Assembly (NCBI GenBank): GCA_022841445.1
Contig: JALHRM010000001.1
Coordinates: 323,777 to 387,776 of the forward strand
DNA length: 64,000 nt
Direction: 5' to 3'
Source: Candidatus Saccharimonadota bacterium
GTDB lineage: Bacteria; Patescibacteriota; Saccharimonadia; Saccharimonadales; UBA10212
The stretch's first letter is position 1. Each line of letters starts with the position of its first letter. Shown one piece after another: positions 63,191 to 64,000 of this stretch. The position numbers were made by a program, and so were the translations under genes. The notes beneath the pieces are model-generated. The model made no database searches and was not told where the DNA came from. It worked only from the letters and a program-made list of their open reading frames with translations.

Positions 63191-64000
63191 TGATGGGTAG
63201 ACTAAATACTAAGTATAGGGCTGACGAGCAGGGACTTATCGCTATTTTTGTAGCACTCATTATTACCACTATTTTGGCACTTACGACTATCGGCTTCGGT
63301 CGGATCATGAACCGCGAATACCGCCAGGCAGTTGACCGCGACTTAAGTACCCAAGCTTTCTATGCCGCTCAAAGTGGATTGAGTGATGCCAGTGAGTACA
63401 TCGCCGCAAATTCGACGGGTTCGACTACTCCTCAAAAAAACACTTGCCAAACCAGCCAAGCGGTTAGTCCATACACGGATTTTCGCCCCAACCTATCAGG
63501 CAACGGTCAGGTCGGCTACAGTTGTTTATTGTTTGATGGGAATATCTTCGATATCCGTTTTGATAATCTACAGCCAAATCGACCAAGAGTTTTCAAAGTA
63601 ACGCCGAGCGGGCTTGATAAGATGCTGTTTAGTTGGCAGGATAACGAAGGTGATCAGGGTTTCAAGTCAGTGGAGGATTATCCAAAATTTTATGATCAAG
63701 TGAACTGGAATGCCCTCGGCGGCAGAACTGGCGCCCTAGAAGTCACTATCTTCCCGGTCTATGATGGTGATTCGGTACGAAACGCGTTACGTGGAGACCA
63801 GCTATCTTATATTATGTATCCCGCTGCAGGAGGCTCAACCTTCGATACTAACACCGGTATTACTCCCGGTGGCAGGACTGCCGTCGTGGCACGGGGGCAG
63901 TGCAATAATAGCTATCGTACTGGGTTTGATGCCTACTTCCCGGGAGCGACAACTGCCTATGCCTGCAATAATATTGTCTATAACGACATAAGCAATAATT
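63190..64000 (+). CDS. PilX-N-like pilus protein, 3' end outside the window
   Basis: Not in the ORF track because there is no stop in the window. I translated it myself from ATG 63190 (TGATG overlap): MMGRLNTKYRADEQGLIAIFVALIITTILALTTIGFGRIMNREYRQAVDRDLSTQAFYAAQSGL... It is open to position 64000. Confidence 0.65.
   Translation, partial: MMGRLNTKYRADEQGLIAIFVALIITTILALTTIGFGRIMNREYRQAVDRDLSTQAFYAAQSGLSDASEYIAANSTGSTTPQKNTCQTSQAVSPYTDFRPNLSGNGQVGYSCLLFDGNIFDIRFDNLQPNRPRVFKVTPSGLDKMLFSWQDNEGDQGFKSVEDYPKFYDQVNWNALGGRTGALEVTIFPVYDGDSVRNALRGDQLSYIMYPAAGGSTFDTNTGITPGGRTAVVARGQCNNSYRTGFDAYFPGATTAYACNNIVYNDISNN

Noticed and set aside
1-64000. Alternative genetic code (UGA recoding, as in some CPR lineages)
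   Set aside because: TGA terminates well-conserved proteins at their expected C-termini, for example polA, pilM and several Nudix genes. No conserved gene is broken by in-frame TGA, so the code is standard code 11.
1-64000. Prophage, integrative element, DGR/retron, restriction-modification or Cas-type defence loci
   Set aside because: I could not recognise an integrase, transposase, reverse transcriptase, terminase, capsid, methyltransferase-endonuclease pair or cas motif in any ORF. The orphan genes remain unassigned rather than being called defence genes.

Overview
This 64-kb window is very gene-dense. Start and stop codons often overlap by 1-20 nt, convergent genes abut, and the genetic code is standard. 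By inference it looks like a small-genome monoderm bacterium of the Patescibacteria/CPR (Saccharibacteria-like) type. Most of it is housekeeping: argS 3' end, mscL, msrB, orn, dnaG-rpoD plus a second tandem sigma-70, pyrH, a polyprenyl synthase, polA fused into an operon with three Nudix genes, a MazG-like gene and a HAD gene, mutM, holA, rpsT, truB, rpsO-pnp, a family-4 UDG, RNase J, ftsK, ahcY plus a PfkB kinase, rpsF-ssb-rpsR, efp, tlyA and ychF. Two surface systems stand out. (1) At 14.2-18.2 kb there is a fasciclin protein, a glutaredoxin/MerT-like pair, two TasA/camelysin-like proteins, and a SipW-type signal peptidase fused in frame to a third copy of its own substrate signal peptide plus a lamin-tail-like domain. 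(2) At 49.5-64 kb there is a secretin-less type IV pilus locus (pilM/N/O-like, pilB, pilT, pilC, pilin, pilD, at least 4 minor pilins). It is preceded by a coupled membrane protein plus 800-aa secreted orphan, and a 24-bp perfect inverted repeat interrupts it. About a dozen cytosolic orphan ORFs sit singly between core operons, and one pair lies behind a promoter plus terminator/antiterminator-like leader. I recognised no rRNA, tRNA, CRISPR, transposase, integrase or reverse transcriptase. All protein calls rest on motif recognition by eye, since no searches could be run.
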